Assembly: GCA_964016885.1 (NCBI GenBank)
Contig: OZ024761.1
Coordinates: 15,562,001-15,626,000, forward strand
Origin: Eledone cirrhosa
Taxonomy: Eukaryota
Direction: 5' to 3'
Length of the DNA stretch: 64,000 bases
How positions within the stretch are numbered: position 1 is the stretch's first letter; every line of letters starts with the position of its first letter. Below, piece by piece: positions 12,943-27,325 of this stretch. The notes below the pieces were generated by a model that saw only the letters and a program-made list of their open reading frames with translations, searched no databases and was not told where the DNA came from. The translations under genes and the position numbers were made by a program.

Positions 12943-14055
12943 TTCCCTTGCTTTTATCGAGAATCTAATTGTAATACGTGACGTATTCTATTCTATAGCG
13001 ATTAGGTCTTCAAAATGTTTATTATAAACATACAGAATATTTTCGAATATTCTATGTCTATATTCACATATATATCGCTATTTCAGAGCATTTATTCCAA
13101 TTTCTAATTTCTGCCGGACCGGCAACCGCTCTTTCAAACCAGTTCCTGTACACAGCTAAGTATTCTATAAGTCTCTAGCTGTGTCATTCTCGATAAAAGC
13201 ACTGGATATGTAGTCCTGATGATTTCTAACAAGAATGAAACGCGTAGATTACTTCCCTTGCTTTTATCGAGAATCTAATTGTAATACGTGACGTATTCTA
13301 TTCTATAGCGATTAGGTCTTCAAAATGTTTATTATAAACATACAGAATATTTTCGAATATTCTATGTCTATATTCACATATATATCGCTATTTCAGAGCA
13401 TTTATTCCAATTTCTAATTTCTGCCGGACCGGCAACCGCTCTTCCAAACCAGTTCCTGTACACAGCTAAGTATTCTATAAGTCTCTAGCTGTGTCATTCT
13501 CGATAAAAGCACTGGATATGTAGTCCTGATGATTTCTAACAAGAATGAAACGCGTAGATTACTTCCCTTGCTTTTATCGAGAATCTAATTGTAATACGTG
13601 ACGTATTCTATTCTATAGCGATTAGGTCTTCAAAATGTTTATTATAAACATACAGAATATTTTCGAATATTCTATGTCTATATTCACATATATATCGCTA
13701 TTTCAGAGCATTTATTCCAATTTCTAATTTCTGCCGGACCGGCAACCGCTCTTTCAAACCAGTTCCTGTACACAGCTAAGTATTCTATAAGTCTCTAGCT
13801 GTGTCATTCTCGATAAAAGCACTGGATATGTAGTCCTGATGATTTCTAACAAGAATGAAACGCGTAGATTACTTCCCTTGCTTTTATCGAGAATCTAATT
13901 GTAATACGTGACGTATTCTATTCTATAGCGATTAGGTCTTCAAAATGTTTATTATAAACATACAGAATATTTTCGAATATTCTATGTCTATATTCACATA
14001 TATATCGCTATTTCAGAGCATTTATTCCAATATATATATATATATATATATATCA

Positions 14056-14222
14056 GTCAGGTTAGCTGGACATGCTCACCGACATCCAGAGTTAACATTG
14101 CACTCAGTGATCCTGTGGGAGCCCCTACATGGACACACTGGAAGTGGAAGACCAAGGTTAACGTATGTTGATGCCCTAAGGACAGACACTGGTCCATGGA
14201 TCTCGGGAATTTTACCCGCCCA
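14056..14222 (+). mobile_element. RTE-clade LINE 3' fragment
   Basis: RLAGHAHRH..ILWEP..GRPRLTYVDALRTDTG. Same 3' end as 24120-24230 but with an internal deletion. Confidence 0.7.
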
Positions 14223-14243
14223 AGAAAAAAAATATATATATAT

Positions 14244-14294
<51 letters not shown>

Positions 14295-14379
14295 TGAATG
14301 TATGTATATTGTTGAGGTTCTCCTAGCTCTACACACCGTCCTCGGTTCCTCACCATATACTGTGATTCACCTACAGTAG

Positions 14380-15468
14380 AGTGGAGTGGCGTTGTGCGTG
14401 GTGGAGTGGAGTGGTGTGGGGTGGAGTAGGGTGGTGGAGTGGTGTGGAGTGGTGTGGTGTGGAGTGGAGTGGAGTGGTGTGGAGTGGTGTGGAGTGGAGT
14501 AGAGTGGAGTGTGGTGGAGAGGAGTGTGGTGGAGTGGGGTGGAGTAGAGTGAAGTGTGGTGGAGTAGAGTGGAGTGGTGTGTGGTGGAGTGGTGTGGGGT
14601 GGAGTGGTGTGGAGTGGAGTGGAGTGGAGTGGAGTGGAGTGGAGTGTGGTGGAGTGGAGTGGAGTGTGGTGGAGTGGAGTGTGGTGGAGTGGAGTGTGGT
14701 GGAGTGTGGTGGAGTGGAGTGTGGTGGAGTGGAGTGTGGTGGAGTGGAGTGGAGTGTGGTGGAGTGGAGTGGGGTTGTGTGTGATGGAGTGGAGTGTGGT
14801 GGTGTAGAGTCTGTTGCTCTCTAATGACATTACATTATGGCTCACCACAGCTGACATAAACAACACCAACACCATCATCATTAACACCCACAACTACAAC
14901 ATCACCAAGACCACCACCACCACCACCTACAACACCACCACCACCATCATCACCCACTATAACACCATCACCAACATCATCAACACCACCAACACCACCA
15001 ACATCACCACAACCTACAACAGTACCACCACCATCAACACCACCACCACCACTATCATCATCACCAACTACAGCAGCACCACCACCATCAACACCACCAC
15101 CACCACCTACAACAACTACAACAACAATGACTACAATAACAACTTCAACAACAACAACTACACCAACAACAATAACAATAGCTACAACAGCAATGACTAC
15201 AACAACAGCAACAACAACAACAACAACTACAACAACTACACCAACAACAATAACAATAGCTACAACAGCAATGACTACAACAACAGCAACAACAACAACT
15301 ACAACAACTACACCAACAACAATAACAATAGCTACAACAACAACAACACCTACAACAACAACAACAACAACAACAACAACAGCAACACCAACAGCAACAA
15401 CAACAACAACACCTACAACAATAACAACAACAACAGCACCAACACCAACAACAACAACAACAACAACA
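14380..15468. repeat. (GGAGT)n then (CAC/CAA)n low-complexity tracts
   Basis: Direct reading. Confidence 0.9.
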
Positions 15469-15638
15469 TGTCAAATTAGCAGAGAATCCCCTTCAAACAG
15501 ACATTTCAACAAGTGAGATAACATCTTACAGTCCTTCGCCACCCGCACTATATACCCTCCTTCCGTTACAGACCACCTACTCCTCACCTTCATTTACATT
15601 CTCTCTCACTCTCCCTATCTCCCGTATCTGTGAGTGTA

Positions 15639-15698
<60 letters not shown>

Positions 15699-15786
15699 AG
15701 TGTATATATATATATGTGTATATATATATATATGTGTATATATGTATAGATATATATGTATATGTACATATTAATACATATAGATG

Positions 15787-15861
<75 letters not shown>

Positions 15862-15866
15862 GCATA

Positions 15867-15902
<36 letters not shown>

Positions 15903-15990
15903 CACATGTATATATATATATATATACACATGTATATATGTGTATATATATAATGTATATATACATATATATGTATATAAATATATGTAC

Positions 15991-16022
<32 letters not shown>

Positions 16023-16106
16023 ACATATATGTGTCTATATATATACATATATATATATATGTATGTGTGTACATATATGTGTGTACATATGTGTCTATAT
16101 ATATAC

Positions 16107-16164
<58 letters not shown>

Positions 16165-16870
16165 TGAGAGAGGTCAGACAGACAATAATAATTGCTCCTC
16201 TCATCTCGCTTCATGAGAAGCACTACGGCAATGACCAACAACAACAACAACAACAGTAACATCACCACCGCCCCCATCACCATCGTTCCCATCACCCACA
16301 TAAAACCTACCACTACCACCACCACCACCCACATAAAACCTACCACTACCACCACCACCACCCACATAAAACCTACCACTACCACCACCACCACCTACAT
16401 AAAACCTACCACTCCCACCACCACCAACATAACCACTACTATCATACAATCATCTCCATCATATCTTTCACATTGGAAACATAAGAATCATCAAAAGTTT
16501 ATAAATATCTGCCGTGATGTATGTAGGTGGTGACTATATATATAAAAAGTATGACCCCGACAGCAGAGCTCAAGCCGTTTCGACGGCTATTTCTGGACTA
16601 AATTAGAATGTTTAGCCTGGTAAATAAATAGCCGAACTTGTCAAGAGGTACGACAACTTGTCAAGGGGTACGACAACTACAATCTTCCCATATAAGTTCG
16701 GCTATTTATTTACCAGGCTAAAATTTCTAACTTAGTCCAGAAATAGCCGTCGAAAAGGCTTGAGCTCTGCCTTCGGGGTCATACATTTTCCTATTACCCA
16801 CTCTACCACCCTAAGTATTGAGTACTCTGGTGCGTTATGGTCCATCTGGTTCCTTACCACAATTCCTTCG

Positions 16871-16913
<43 letters not shown>

Positions 16914-17471
16914 TTGTGGGTGTGTGTATAACAAATATTTATACTCATCTGCTTACACAGAAAACAACCTGGATGTGAGCACTAATGAATGCTTTTCCGT
17001 TTACATTCATTCACATATACACACCCAAAGATATATATATATTTATAAAATATATATATACATATATATACATATTTATAAATAAATATATTTATATTAA
17101 TAAAATATATATATACATATATATAAATAAATATATTTATATTAATATATATACATATATTATATGTACATATATACATATATCATACATATTTATAAAT
17201 AAATCTATATATATTAATATATATACATATATTATATATACATACATTCGTACGTACATATGTTATATATACTTACATATATTATACATGCATACATACA
17301 TATATTATACATGCATGCATACATACATAATTACATACATATATTTATGTATGTATGTGTGTGTGAATGTATGTATGTGTGTGTGTATGTATGTATGTAT
17401 GTGTGAATGTATGTATGTGTGAATGTATGTATGTGTATGCGTGTATGTATGTATGTGTATGCGTGTATGTA

Positions 17472-17533
<62 letters not shown>

Positions 17534-18704
17534 AGTATGTGTGTATGTATGTATGTGTATGTAGGTATGTATGTATGTATGTGTGTGTGTATGTATGTAT
17601 GTATGTGTATGTATGCGTGTATGTATGTATGTATGCAGGTATTCAACATATTCAGGTGACGGCATAAGTTCGGTTGTCTGTGTTGTAGGAATGAGTCAAT
17701 GTGTTTATCATTGGAGAGTGAGAGGGAGAGAGAGAGGAGACGAGTGTGTGAGAGAGGAGAGGGAGAGAGAGTGGGTGGAAGAGAGAGAGAGGAGAGGGAG
17801 AGAGAGTGGGTGGAAGAGAGGGGGAGGGTGGAAGAGAGGGGAAGGGTGTGAGAGGGGGAAGGATGTAAGAGGGGAAGGATGTGAGAGGGGAAGGATGTGA
17901 GAGGGGAAGGATGTGAGAGGGGGAAGGGTGTGAGAGGGGGAAGGGTGTGAGAGGAGGAAGAGTATGAGAGGAGAGAGAGGAAGAGGGTGAAAGGATGAGA
18001 GTATGTGTTAGAGAGTTACGATTGAAACGATTGAAAGCGAGAAAGAGAGGAAGGGCGAGAAGGAGAGGGGAAGAGTGTGAGAGAGAGAGAGAGAGAGAAG
18101 AAGAAGAGTGTGTGAGAGAGAGAGAAGAAGAAGAGTGTGTGAGAGAGAGAAGAAGAAGAGTGTGTGAGAGAGAAGAGTGTGTGAGAGAAAGAGAGAGAGT
18201 GGATGTGAGTGTGTAAGAAAGAGAGTGGGTGTGAATGTGTAAGAAAGAGAGTGGGTGTGAGTGTGTAAGAAAGAGAGTGGAAGAGAGAGTGGAAGAGAGT
18301 GTGTAAGAGAGTGAGAGAGAAAGAGAGAAGAGGAGAGGAGGAAGAGAGAGTAGGGAGAGTAGGAAGAAGAGGAAGAGAGATAAAAGAGAAGGAAGAGAGA
18401 GAGAAAAGGGGAGGAAGAGAGAGAGAAAAGAGGAGGAAGAGAGAGAGAAAAGAGAAGGAAGAGAGAGAGAGAAAAGAGAAGGAAGAGGGAGAGAAAAGAG
18501 GAGGAAGAGGGAGAGAAAAGAGAAGGAAGAGGGAGAGAAAAGAGAAGGAAGAGGGAGAGAAAAGAGAAGGAAGAGGGAGAGAAAAGAGAAGGAAGAGAGA
18601 GAGAAAAGAGAAGGAAGAGAGAGAGAGAGAGAGGAAGAGAGAGAGAGAGAGAGGGGGAGAGAGAGAGAGGGAGAGAGAGATAGAGAGGGAGAAAGGGTAG
18701 GTGG

Positions 18705-18770
<66 letters not shown>

Positions 18771-18943
18771 GGGATAAAGGGTAGGTGGAAGAGAGAGAGA
18801 GAGAGATTGAAAGTAAGTTGTTGATAGCGAGACAGAATGAAGAGAGAGAAGTCAGCTAGTGTCAGGTTTGTTTACGGTGACATCATTCTGAAGTAACACT
18901 ATCACCATCATCATCAGTGTCGTAGACAGAATAATAAGCATTG

Positions 18944-18990
<47 letters not shown>

Positions 18991-19105
18991 TATATACACA
19001 CACATATATATACACACATATACATATATATATACACATATATATACATATATATATATATACACATATATACATATATATATACACATATATACATATA
19101 TATAT

Positions 19106-19152
<47 letters not shown>

Positions 19153-20086
19153 ATATATATATACATATATATACATATATATATATATACACACATATTC
19201 ATATATATATACACATATATATATATATACATATATATACACATATATATACATTTATATATATATACATTTATATACACACATATATATATATATATAT
19301 ATATACATTTATATATATATATATATACATATATGTATATACATTTATATATATATATATACATATATATACATACATACATACATATGGTGGCTGCCAA
19401 CTCGTTTTCGAGTACGGCCACTACTTTATATCCATGTAGGAGAACCCCTACCGATGCGCTGAACGAGTGTGACTTTTTAGTCCAGCCTGCGACATGAAAA
19501 CTCTGGTACAAACACTACACTTGTGACATTTATTGACACATAGTGCTGGGCCCATGGTACCATGTGACGACAAGTGCAGAGAGATCTCCAGATATAAAGC
19601 AATGCCTGTGCCGTGAAGCTTTTATAGTGAGCAAAGGCACTGCACAAAGCCAGTCCCACTCTCTTAACCAAGATGATATTTACCAAAAAGAAGAACAAGT
19701 CAACATCATTGGATACCATCAGGGTTGCTGGTGTTATATCAGAGTTTTTCTTCTCCTAGAATTCTGCCTTGACAAAGGCTAAGGGGTCATCTCTCCCGGT
19801 GACAAAGGCTAAGGGGTCATCTCTCTATATTTACATATATTTATATACATATATATACATACATATATATACATATATATGTATCGCGCTACGGATAGAT
19901 GTATTGTCTATAATACGCTGAAACATCCGTGAGCCATAGTCGACAACTGTCCATCTCTTGTTTGTGTTCGCTTAACATTCTAACACTCGTTATTAGTAAC
20001 CACCCGGCCTCGTCCCTCTCAATCCATATTTATGTGTATATATATATATATATATGTGTGTGCGTGTGTGTGTGTGTGTGTGTGTA

Positions 20087-20250
20087 GGGCGATGGATTGA
20101 CAGTATCGGTAGAGCTTCGGACAACATGCTTTGCAGCATATAGTTACGGCCCTTTACGTTCTCAGTTCAAATCCTGCCGATGTTAGCTTTCTTTGCCTTT
20201 CATCCTTATGCGGTCGATAAAATAAAGTACCAGTAATGCACTGAGGTTGG
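20087..20250 (+). mobile_element. tRNA-derived SINE (second family)
   Basis: Similar to 7683-7876. Confidence 0.7.
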
Positions 20251-20296
20251 TTGATTTAATGCTGTGGAAATGTGTATACATTTTGGAGGAGACCCG

Positions 20297-20336
<40 letters not shown>

Positions 20337-20374
20337 TCATCATCTTCGTTTAACGTCCATTTTCCACTATGTAC

Positions 20375-20412
<38 letters not shown>

Positions 20413-20472
20413 GTATGTATGTATAAAATAAAACAAGGACGAGTGGTTACTCCTTCATTACGTTTATTGATT

Positions 20473-20557
20473 AGTGACGCGCGTTTCGCCACCGATCAGC
20501 TCAAGGTTCGATCTGTATCGATCCAGCCCGACTCTATAACCCGCGGCTCGTCAGACC
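20473..20557 (-). ncRNA. Type I hammerhead with enlarged stem II
   Basis: Reverse complement: ggt-CTGACGA-gccgc...gtggc-GAAA-cgcgcg-TC-act, followed by aataaa and (TA)n. Confidence 0.7.
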
Positions 20558-20695
20558 CTTTTAGTGTGTATATATATATACGCACACATATACTCACAGG
20601 TCTTAAATAATCGTCCCCCTCCCGCTTATTAATTTTTAAGAATTTTTCCACACACACACACATACACACCCCTCTCCCATTTAGGATCAAGATCA

Positions 20696-20885
20696 ACAAT
20701 TTTAGGGGAGGAGAAAGCCGATTGAATCAACCTCAGTGCATTACTGGTACTTTATTTTAACGACCCCGTAAGGATGAAGACAAAAAAAAGCTAACAACGT
20801 CGGCAGGATTTGAACTCAGAACGTAAAGGGCCGTAACTCTCTATGCTACAAAGCATGTTGTTCGACGGTCTACCGATTACTGCTA
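20696..20885 (-). mobile_element. tRNA-derived SINE (second family)
   Basis: Similar to 7683-7876. Confidence 0.7.
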
Positions 20886-21103
20886 AAAGGCCCGTTGAGA
20901 AAAAAAACCTATCGACAAGAAGGAAAGAAGAGAGAGTAAGTAGCAGACGATAATTGTGTAAAAAGTAAAAATAAGCGACATCAGTTCTACTAGTGTTTGT
21001 GTAAACTGGTGTCGCTTGTTTTGCCAAAAGAAAAGCCGTATAATATATTATATAATAGTTTGCAGTGTGTATGATGAGTGTGTATGAAAACTATGCTAGC
21101 TAG

Positions 21104-21137
<34 letters not shown>

Positions 21138-21340
21138 TCATATACCGAAGGAAGTGTGGTAAGGAACCAGGTGGACCATAACGCACCAGAGTACTCGATA
21201 CTTTGGGAAGTAGAGTGGGTAATAGGAAAAGTGTCAGAACCCCGACAGCTGAGCTCCGGCCGTTTCGACAGCTAGTTCAGAACTAGCTGTCGAAACGGCA
21301 GGAGCTCAGCCGTCGGGGTCCTGACTCTTTTCCTACATTC

Positions 21341-21408
<68 letters not shown>

Positions 21409-21789
21409 TTTTAATCGGGCTGGATAACCGATCGCACGGTTAAACCACAGGGAGTGAAGGACCAGCCTTTGTTAGGGCATTCTTCTAGGAGAAGGCAACT
21501 CAGGAAACTGGGATGACTCCGACATAAAACCTGCGGCTCAGTAGTTATCGATCATGTTGATCTTTTCTTCTTATCGGGTTATGGCTACTGTCGCTCAGAG
21601 AGTGGGATTGGCTCAGTGCACAGTCTTTTCTCAATTTAAAAAATATCTTCACGTACTAGCATTGCACGATAGCATTAATTCATAATTATTAATAATGTTA
21701 TATCGTGCAATGGCCATACTCGATAACGAGGGGGCAGCCATCACACACAACATACACACACACACACACACACAATAATACTGAAACAA

Positions 21790-22260
21790 ATCACCGGATA
21801 GGACCGAATACCTTCGGTCGTTTTCCTACTTAGTCAATGCTTCGATCACCAGCAGCAGAGTTTACAGAGCAAAGATCAAGACCAGTCCATAAGTTGACAT
21901 TATCAAGCCATCGTTTTGGCTGACGGCCTCTGCTTCTCTTACCAGCCAACCTTCCTTCCAGGAATATATAATACCTTTCGATCACCAGCAGCAGAGTTTA
22001 CAGAGCCAAGATCAAGTCCAGTCCATAAGTTGACATTATCAAGCCATCGTTTTGGCTGCCGACCTCTGCTTCTCCTACCAGCCAACCTTCCTTCCAGGCA
22101 TAACCTACTCACATCAACGAGTTGATCGTTTTATATGACCGTATAGTTTGAAAATTGATGTAATTTGTCTAAGTCTGGTAATGTTGAGCCGCTCACTGAT
22201 ACAGATAAGGTCGCTGAGCCGCTTGCCAGTCGTAAGTCTATGTATTGTCACGTTAAATAG
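21790..22260 (-). mobile_element. RTE-clade LINE 3' fragment with ~140-bp tandem duplication
   Basis: Manual translation LEGRLAGKRSRGRQPKRWLDNVNLWTG. 21841-21962 is repeated at about 21977-22098. Confidence 0.65.
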
Positions 22261-22835
22261 TGAGGAAAAAAAAAAGATATTGTGTGGGTATAGAGTTTGA
22301 TTTTCAAGCACCGGATTTAGTTTCTGCTACTCCATCTGCTGGCGGCAGCCCTCATGGAACTGGCGTGTACAGAAATTAGGTAATGTGTGTGTGTGTGTGT
22401 GCAAACTATGCTATGATGCAATCGAATGAAACAATTCTAGTCATATAGAAGCCATTTCTATATTAAATTTGATGTTTACACTCTACTGAGTAACTTACAT
22501 ACTGTGTAGGTGTGTGTGTGGGGGGGGAGGGGATCAGTAATCAGTGATTGTCATTGCTAGAATGCCTTTGATCAGAAGAGAGCTTTGCCGCATCAGGGTT
22601 GACCTGGGGTTAAACAACAACAACAACAACAGCAATTTTCATTTTTCTCACATATCGATTACTGCTCAAAAAGTAGAAAAAAAGAAAAAAAAAACAGGAG
22701 CGGTTTGATGGAAATTTTAATTAGGCGGAGATGACTATCAAGTATAATTAATTACTAATTAAAACATAAGCCATTTATTCGATAATTAGTACACAGAAAA
22801 ATAACATTCCTTGTTTGTCAGTTCTATATAGTGAA

Positions 22836-22970
22836 AGTTTAGTGGTTAGAAGATTGGGCTTGCAATCGAAAGGTTGTGAGTTCAATTCTCGGACCGGGTG
22901 ATGTGTTGTTTCCTTGAGCAAGACATTTTATTTCACGTTGCTCCAGTTTACTCAGCTGTAGAAATAAGAT
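22836..22970 (+). mobile_element. tRNA-derived SINE head
   Basis: ttagtggttag..gagttcaattc..ccttgagcaagac. Confidence 0.65.
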
Positions 22971-23089
22971 GATAGGACTGGGGTCCCTGTCATTAAAATC
23001 ACCCAAGACACCTCCAACGAGATATACCTTGGAGGAAGCCAGCTAAACTTGCATAGGTGTGAGCTGTCACACACATAGATAACAAAATA

Positions 23090-23558
23090 ATTGCTTCTAC
23101 TTTTGGCACAAGGCCAGCAATTACCCAGTGCATTACTGGTACTTTATTTTATCGACCCCGTAAGGATGAAATAATGGTTTCTAGTACAGGCGGCACATGG
23201 CCAACAATTTTGTAGGAAGGTGAAAGTCCTTTAGATCTACCCCAGTACGTTACTGGTATTCTATTTTATCAACCCCCGTAAGGATGAAATAATGGTTTCT
23301 AGTACAGGCGGCACATGGCCAACAATTTTGTAGGAAGGTGAAAGTCCTTTAGATCTACCCCAGTACGTTACTGGTATTCTATTTTATCAACCCCCGTAAG
23401 GATGAAATAATGGTTTCTAGTACAGGCGGCACATGGCCAACAATTTTGTAGGAAGGTGAAAGTCCTTTAGATCTACCCCAGTACGTTACTGGTATTCTAT
23501 TTTATCAACCCCCGTAAGGATTAAAGGCAAAGCTAACCTCGGCGGGATTTGAACTCAA
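23090..23558 (-). repeat. SINE-derived 118-bp tandem triplication
   Basis: gtaaggatgaaataatggtttctag at 23160, 23278 and 23396. Confidence 0.8.
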
Positions 23559-23581
23559 GCCACATTTTCAATTCATAACCC

Positions 23582-23649
23582 CTCTGTCTGATGAGAGAAC
23601 GAGACGTAGTTTAATATTGTCTAGGGTCCTGAAACCTTTGGTAATGGAG
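23582..23649 (+). ncRNA. Type I hammerhead ribozyme
   Basis: ctctgt-CTGATGA-...-GAAA-cc-ttt-gg-TA-atggag. Stem I pairs with two G-U wobbles. Confidence 0.65.
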
Positions 23650-23844
23650 TAGTTATATATTGTGTTGTTCACTTTCTAATTAAATAGCTCTGTTTTATAC
23701 ATAGAGCACTCTTTTTTCCTTGTGTATATATTTGTGTGTGTATGTATATATATTTATATGTATAGATCTATGTGTGTGTATGTATATATCTATATGTGTG
23801 TATGTATATATATATATATATATTATATATATATATATATATAT

Positions 23845-24233
23845 CTGAGTGAGTTTCTTGGTCAGTGTCCAAGTCTCAGACCCATACAGCAGCACAGACT
23901 CCACTACAGCAATGAAGAGGCGGATTTTCAGGTCTCTACGATTGTCCGACTTCCACACCGATCTCAAGCTGTGGCACGCCGCCCAGGCCTTGCTCTTCCT
24001 CTCAACCACATCATCTTCCGTATTCCCAATCTTTGCTCCCAAATACAGGAAGTCCTCAACCAATTCCAGCGGCTTCCCGCCTACATTAGTGATCCCCTTT
24101 GGCTTCTCAACATTCTCTACCTAAGGACAGACACTGGTCTGTTGGAGATGCAGGACATGGCAGTGATAATGAGGGACGGAGACCGCTGGAGAGAACTCGT
24201 CCATGGATCTCGGGAATTTTACCCGCCTTAGAT
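23845..24233. mobile_element. RTE LINE fragment with 5' inversion
   Basis: 23845-24118 on minus encodes VEDFLYLG..KIRLF..VESVLLYGSETWTL. 24120-24233 on plus encodes the C-terminus RTDTG..MRDGDRWRELV. Confidence 0.8.
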
Positions 24234-24235
24234 CG

Positions 24236-24273
<38 letters not shown>

Positions 24274-24530
24274 ATATATATATATGTGTGTGTGTATATA
24301 TTTATGTGTGTGTATGTATATATATTTATATGTGTGAGTGTGTATTTATATATATGTATAGATCTATGTGTGTGTATGTATATATCGATATGTGGGTATG
24401 TATGTATATATATATATGTGTGTGTGTGTATATATATATGAGTGTGTATATATATTTATATGTGTGAGTGTGTATTTATATATATGTATAGATCTATGTG
24501 TGTGTATGTATATATCTATATGTGTGTATG

Positions 24531-24562
<32 letters not shown>

Positions 24563-24750
24563 CATGTATGTGTATGAGTGTGTGTGGGTAATGTCTAAGA
24601 TAAGATCAAAGCTATCTGAATGAATCTTTTGCTCCTTATGGATAGAATGTGTGTGTGTGTGTGTGTGTAAATATATATATGTGTGTGTGCTTGTTGTGTG
24701 TATGTATATCTCTCTCTATATATACATGTATGTATATATATATACATATG

Positions 24751-24806
<56 letters not shown>

Positions 24807-25259
24807 ACCGAAGGAAATGTGGTAAGGAACCAGATGGACCATAACGCACCAAAGTACTCAATACTTAGCGTAGTAGAGTGGGTAATAGGAACGAGTAGGA
24901 CCCCGACGGCTGAGCTCAAGCCGTTTCGACGGCTAATTCTGGACTAAATTAGTCCAGAATTAGCCCTCGAAATCGCTCGAGCTCAGCCGTCGGGGTCCTA
25001 CTCGTTCCTATATATACGAATATAAATATATGTATACACGTTTGTATGTGTGAGTATATATATATGTGAGTGTGTGTGTGTCTATATATATATATATATA
25101 TAAATGTATGTGTGTATATATATATATATATATAAATGTATGTGTATATATATATATATATATATAGAGATATAGATATAGAGATATATATAGATATTAC
25201 CTATATATAGAGATATAATATATAGAGAGATATAATATACACACAAACACACACGTACA

Positions 25260-25309
<50 letters not shown>

Positions 25310-25583
25310 ACAACACCACCAACAATATATATTTATAGATTCCAAACAAGAATGGAAACGGTTATTTTTGCCACCATCTTAAATATAAAAGCTCTTTGTC
25401 TCTGTTGTTGTTGCTCCTGCTTTTGTTGTAGCGGTGGTGGTGGTGGTTGTTGTTGCTCCTGTTGTTGTTGTGGCGGTGGTGTTGTTGTTGTTGTTGTTGT
25501 TATTGTTTCTTGGGAAAACTCCCCAATGATTCGGTGTTGTATTAATTATCGAAGAGATCTAGTGGGGATACATACATATATAT

Positions 25584-25639
<56 letters not shown>

Positions 25640-25722
25640 CACCGCATGGACATTTATACGTATATATATATATATATATACATATATAAAGAATAGTTTG
25701 TTCGCTCCCCTCTCTCTCTTTC

Positions 25723-25763
<41 letters not shown>

Positions 25764-26384
25764 GCAGAACGAGAGAGAGGGGAGGGAAGGGAACAAACTA
25801 TTCTTTAGGAAAACTGAATCCAGCTGTATTTATATCATGTTTTCCACTAACCAACAACATCATCGCCACCCACTCCAATACACACACACTCACTCATATA
25901 CACGCACGCACACACGCACGCACACTCATATCCACACAAAAGCATGTCCACACCTTAACATATATATATATATATATATATACAGAGAGAGAGAGAGAGA
26001 GATGTGTGCGTATGTATATATTTATGTCTATATATATGTCTATATATATATCTATATATATATATATACACACATACATACATATATATTCATATATATA
26101 TATACACATACATACATATATACACATACATACATATATATTCACATATATAAGTTAAGGTATCATAACATATATATGTATGATGATTACGTTTCTCGGT
26201 GGAAAAGCTCAATGGTCCAGAACATCAGTAATTCAAAAAAGATGTCTATATATATAGAGAGAGGGGGGGGGGGAGATAAAGACGAAGACAAATCCCGTTA
26301 GAGAAACAGAATTTTGTACATACATATCAAGAATATAATATTTTGGAAGCAGTACATACTTTAAAGTGGAAAGGTACTTACATT

Positions 26385-26477
<93 letters not shown>

Positions 26478-26482
<5 letters not shown>

Positions 26483-26913
26483 TGTTATTTAAATTGTTGG
26501 GATACAACAAGCAAATATTTTTATAACTGATATAAAGCACTCAACAAATAATTGGAGTAAAAATACGATATTAACAAATGGAAACTATATTTATAAAAGT
26601 ATATTTATTTCATTATACATATTTCAAGGGCACCAAGTTAAATTATGGTGTGCTTTCATCAGATAAAATATAATATAGATCAGTTTTATGAATAAATATT
26701 GACATACCCTTAAAGAATGCAACCATTGCTGTTGGAAGCTCCGGGAGCTTCCAACAGTAATGGTTGCATTCTTTAAGGGTATGTCAGTATTTATTTATAA
26801 AACTGATCTATATTATATTTTATCTGATGAAAGCCCACCATAATTTAACTTGGTGCCCTTGAAATATGTATAATGAAATAAATATACTTTTATAATTTCC
26901 ATTTGTTAATATC

Positions 26914-26915
<2 letters not shown>
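26478..26915. mobile_element. Family B fold-back element with two divergent hammerheads (26606-26670 minus; 26816-26880 plus)
   Basis: tattttat-CTGATGA-aag..cacca..tggtg..ctt-GAAA-tatgta-TA-atgaaata. Palindrome centred near 26742. Confidence 0.8.
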
Positions 26916-26981
<66 letters not shown>

Positions 26982-27325
26982 TCATATATATATATATGAA
27001 TGTGAGAAAAACCACAAACCCTCCATCTCAATTCTACTTTTGAAAAGCACAAGAAATACGAAACTGGTAAAGGAACCAAATAAATATATTTTTTTTAAAA
27101 AAGACTCCAGTTGCATTTTCGATTTCATCTTTTTTCCTTATACTTTCACTCGTGTAGGACACCTCGCTTTTTTTATTTTGTAAAATAACCTCACTTTCTA
27201 ATATATATATATGTGTGTGTGTGTATGTTATATATATATATAACATATACACACACACACACACATATGTTGATTTAAAACTGCACTATTCACAAGTGTT
27301 TTTTAACCTTCATATCATGTCTCCC

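Larger units (their letters stand above)
10857..14031. mobile_element. Retrozyme-like array: 310-bp tandem units, each with a type I hammerhead, with an internal inversion
   Basis: Units start at 10861, 11171, 11481, 11791, 12101, 12411 and 12721 (partial to 12876). The inverted arm is 12874-14031. Copies are essentially identical (one substitution noticed at 13444). Both ends abut (TA)n. Confidence 0.85.

Noticed and set aside
26184-26233. Minus-strand CTGATGT...GAAACGTA motif
   Set aside because: A9 is mutated and the stem I register does not fit; not called as a ribozyme.
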